Source: Bacilli bacterium
GTDB taxonomy: Bacteria; Bacillota_I; Bacilli_A; RF39; UBA660
Length of the DNA: 59,820 nucleotides
Reading direction: 5' to 3'
Assembly: GCA_051872535.1 (NCBI GenBank)
Contig: JBJEDY010000023.1
Coordinates: 1-59,820 of the forward strand
A program made the position numbers and the translations under genes. Positions 57,410 through 59,820 of the stretch are shown one piece after another. Under the pieces are notes generated by a model. That model was given only the letters and a program-made list of their open reading frames with translations. It was not told the DNA's origin and made no database searches. Position 1 is the stretch's first letter. Each line of letters starts with the position of its first letter.

Positions 57410-58399
57410 TTAGTACTTAATATCTGTTTTTTTTATTTCAATTACAGGTCGAACACTATTATTAGTTGAGGCTACACCATATGCCATATCTTCTCCAACA
57501 TTACGATAAAGTGAATAAACATCCCAAACTAAATTTGTTTTTTGTTCATAAGGAGATTCCAACCAATATCCACGACTTATTATATTATCTGAAGAATACT
57601 TTGTATTCTCTAATAAAAATATACAATAATCTAACTCTCCAAGTTTTCTTTTACCAATAACGATCCTACATGCATTATTTAACTCTTGAACAGTTAATAA
57701 TCTAGCTGCATATCCACTATAATCAAATATTTGTAAACTCCCTGATAAAGTAGTAGAAGATCCTACTTCAGTTAAAATCATACGATTATCATTTTTCAAT
57801 TTGACATTTTTCCATTGTTCTAATGTTGGTAACTGTTTAACAGCTGTTACTGGACCTTCATTGTTTATATTATTTAAATCATATGCATACATTGTACTAT
57901 TTGATGCCATTCCATCTGAAACATTATTATAATAAATTAAAACTGCTGTATCTCCTTCAAAAGATTTAGTACTAGTATTGTAGTAATCAGACACATAATA
58001 AAATCTTTCTGTTACTTCATCATAAAGGCCATCATCATTAACATCGCATGTAAATGCATCCCCTGGAATTAATACACCGTTAGAAATAGTTTCATTACCA
58101 TATACAATTGTAGCACCATTGTTATAACCAGTAGCACTACATCCCCAATTAGTTCTTGAACAAATTTCTGTATGTAATGATGTTGCCCTTATACATTTTG
58201 GTGTTCCAGTTGGATCTCCTACGTTATTAGCTTTATTATACAATTCTTCTAAAGCTTCTTGTACATTTGTCTTATCTGTTTTACCACTACTAAAAGTAAT
58301 ATTCCTGGCACTTGTTACTAATGCTGCTGTTACTGTTAGAGTGGAAAGCACTAAAACGATTACTCCTAATACAATTATGTTTTTGACTTTATTATGCAC
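57410..58399 (-). CDS. Signal-anchored extracellular protein with a C-terminal 'YWL...RPV' domain (paralog of the 51534..52784 C-domain)
   Basis: 329 aa from a GTG start, with one N-terminal TM segment. It has a TNVQEALEELY motif and the C-terminus LLTVQELNNA...GYWLESP...NSVRPVIEIKK. Confidence 0.65.
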   Translation of the reverse strand: MHNKVKNIIVLGVIVLVLSTLTVTAALVTSARNITFSSGKTDKTNVQEALEELYNKANNVGDPTGTPKCIRATSLHTEICSRTNWGCSATGYNNGATIVYGNETISNGVLIPGDAFTCDVNDDGLYDEVTERFYYVSDYYNTSTKSFEGDTAVLIYYNNVSDGMASNSTMYAYDLNNINNEGPVTAVKQLPTLEQWKNVKLKNDNRMILTEVGSSTTLSGSLQIFDYSGYAARLLTVQELNNACRIVIGKRKLGELDYCIFLLENTKYSSDNIISRGYWLESPYEQKTNLVWDVYSLYRNVGEDMAYGVASTNNSVRPVIEIKKTDIKY

Positions 58400-58428
58400 A
58401 ATACCATCTCTACTTTACATTTTATACT

Positions 58429-58457
58429 AGTATTGTACCCCCCCGGAACTTTGTCAA
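58429..58457 (-). promoter_or_regulatory. Candidate promoter with a G7 homopolymer in its spacer
   Basis: On the minus strand: TTGACA (58457-52), the 17-nt spacer AAGTTCCGGGGGGGTAC, then AATACT (58434-29). Confidence 0.4.
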
Positions 58458-58482
58458 TAAAAAAGAACTATTACTAGTTCTC
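58458..58482 (-). terminator. tig terminator overlapping its stop codon
   Basis: On the minus strand AGAACT-AGTAAT-AGTTCT is followed by T6. Confidence 0.6.
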
Positions 58483-59718
58483 TTTTAAAATTTCTATTGC
58501 TTTACGCATTTTCATATCGTATTTAACAACATCAAGTCCACCAAATTGAGATATAAATTCTTCTTTTGGCATTCCATATTCAGTAGCCATTTTTTCAGCT
58601 TCTGCTTCTGCATCTTTATCGTTTATTTCAATCTTTTCAGCTTCAGCAATACCTTCTAATAAATATCTATAATGTACTCTTTTTGATGCTTCTGGTTCCA
58701 TTTGTTTATGCAAATCTTCATGAGTTTGACCACTAAATTGCAAGTATTGATCAATTGATAAACCTTGCATCTTTAATTGACTTGCAAATTGATTCATCAT
58801 TCTATGAACTTCATCATCAATGATTTCTTCGTTTATTTCACCTTTCATATTTTTACTAGCTGCTTCTAAACAATCATTGATATACTTATCATCAGCTTCT
58901 GCTTGTTTCTTAGATTCTAATGCTTTCTTAACTTCCTCATTAAACTCTTCTTCAGTTTCGATATTGTCATAACCTAAATCTTTATAGAAATCTTTATTAA
59001 TTTCTGGCAAAACTCTTTCCTTAATTTCTTTAACTGTAACTTTAAATGTAACCTTCTTATTAGCAAGTTCTGGAGTATAGTTTTCAGGGAAAGTTAGTTC
59101 TAAATCTTTAGTTTCTCCAACTTTCATCCCTACTACACCTTCTTCAAATCCAGGAATAAATGTATGAGAACCAATTTCAAGAGGATAGTTAGCACCAGTA
59201 CCACCTTCTAGTACTTTACCATCTACAACTCCTTCAAAATCAATTACAGCTGTATTTCCTTCTACAACTTCGCCATTTTCCTTAATAACTACTTCAGCAA
59301 ATCGAGAACATAATCTAGCTACTTCTTCTTCAATTTCCTTTTTAGTTACTTTAATCGCATCTTTTTTAACACCTAAATCTTTATATTTACCAATCTTAAT
59401 TTCTGGCTTAGTAATGATTGTAAAAACATATTTAACATGTTTTTCATCAATTTCTTTAATATCGATCTTTGGTTCACAAACAGGAATTAATTTTTCATCT
59501 CTTAAAACATTATTGTAAGCAGTAGATAAAGCAGCATCCACAGCATCAGCATATAATGATTCAATACCCATTTTCTTTATATAAACATCTTTAGGAATAC
59601 TACCTTTTCTAAATCCATCAATTTTTGCGTTTTTAACAGCTTTTTTAAAAGATGCATCTAAAGCACTTTCCCATTCTTTTCCTTTTACTTCTATTTCTAT
59701 TTCATGTACATTTTTCAT
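58474..59718 (-). CDS. tig: Trigger factor
   Basis: 414 aa with a ribosome-binding N-domain (GFRKGSIPKDV), an FKBP PPIase (VIDFEGVVDG...FIPGFEEG) and a C-terminal domain. Confidence 0.95.
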   Translation of the reverse strand: MKNVHEIEIEVKGKEWESALDASFKKAVKNAKIDGFRKGSIPKDVYIKKMGIESLYADAVDAALSTAYNNVLRDEKLIPVCEPKIDIKEIDEKHVKYVFTIITKPEIKIGKYKDLGVKKDAIKVTKKEIEEEVARLCSRFAEVVIKENGEVVEGNTAVIDFEGVVDGKVLEGGTGANYPLEIGSHTFIPGFEEGVVGMKVGETKDLELTFPENYTPELANKKVTFKVTVKEIKERVLPEINKDFYKDLGYDNIETEEEFNEEVKKALESKKQAEADDKYINDCLEAASKNMKGEINEEIIDDEVHRMMNQFASQLKMQGLSIDQYLQFSGQTHEDLHKQMEPEASKRVHYRYLLEGIAEAEKIEINDKDAEAEAEKMATEYGMPKEEFISQFGGLDVVKYDMKMRKAIEILKEN

Positions 59719-59771
59719 TTTTTCTCCTCCAATACTCCCATATTATACCTTAAAACTAACATTTCTACAAT

Positions 59772-59801
59772 AAAAATCGACTAGTTCAACTAGTCGTTTT
59801 T
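59772..59801. terminator. Hairpin upstream of tig, probably terminating the next minus-strand gene beyond the right edge
   Basis: CGACTAGT-TCA-ACTAGTCG flanked by A5 and T5. Confidence 0.5.
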
Positions 59802-59820
59802 AAGTGACCCTATAAGGGTA

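Noticed and set aside
1-59820. Mollicute-type genetic code (TGA = Trp), suggested by the extreme AT content
   Set aside because: Trp is encoded by TGG throughout the conserved proteins. TGA terminates well-delimited genes, for example cpsC at 27322 (with the classic ATGA overlap) and the 57-aa ORF at 30883.

Overview
This is a very AT-rich chromosomal window from a spore-forming low-GC Firmicute. Bacillus-like synteny blocks are recognisable, and standard code 11 applies because TGA is used as a stop. The left ~19 kb is mostly plus-strand housekeeping: comN-like, rel, dtd, then a T-box leader driving hisS, two tandem aspS paralogs and gatCAB. These are followed by a solo HerA-like ATPase, a 6S RNA, tcdA, gpsA, rarA, xerD and zupT. 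At 19930..19957 there is a near-canonical XerCD dif site inside a ~560-bp AT-rich gap. Every confident gene to the right of it (20.3-59.7 kb) is on the minus strand apart from ylbJ and a 30-aa miniprotein ORF, so the window appears to span the replication terminus. The right arm carries mnmA and sporulation genes (spoIIM, spoIVB, ylbJ/ylbL, ysxE, spoVID). It also carries a ~15-kb Wzx/Wzy capsule/exopolysaccharide locus with an embedded thioester-type adhesin and an Fe-S flavoprotein, then xseAB, nusB, mutS, lonA and tig. I saw no transposase, phage integrase, CRISPR array, tRNA or rRNA. The most unusual content is listed here. (1) An orphan operon of one type IV prepilin-like protein plus two paralogous secreted proteins. 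(2) A related anchored protein sitting between tig and lon behind a promoter whose spacer holds a G7 tract. (3) A 490-aa unknown protein with an internal L27/Prp-type 'MNLQFFG' motif. (4) Tandem AspRS genes carrying a 257-bp identical block. (5) A T-box whose specifier and discriminator read as tRNA-Asn rather than His. (6) A Rel enzyme with a degenerate hydrolase active site. Many ORF-track starts are 3-6 codons too long, because in-frame GTG/TTG triplets lie inside the GGTGA Shine-Dalgarno sequence. I moved those starts to the downstream ATG.
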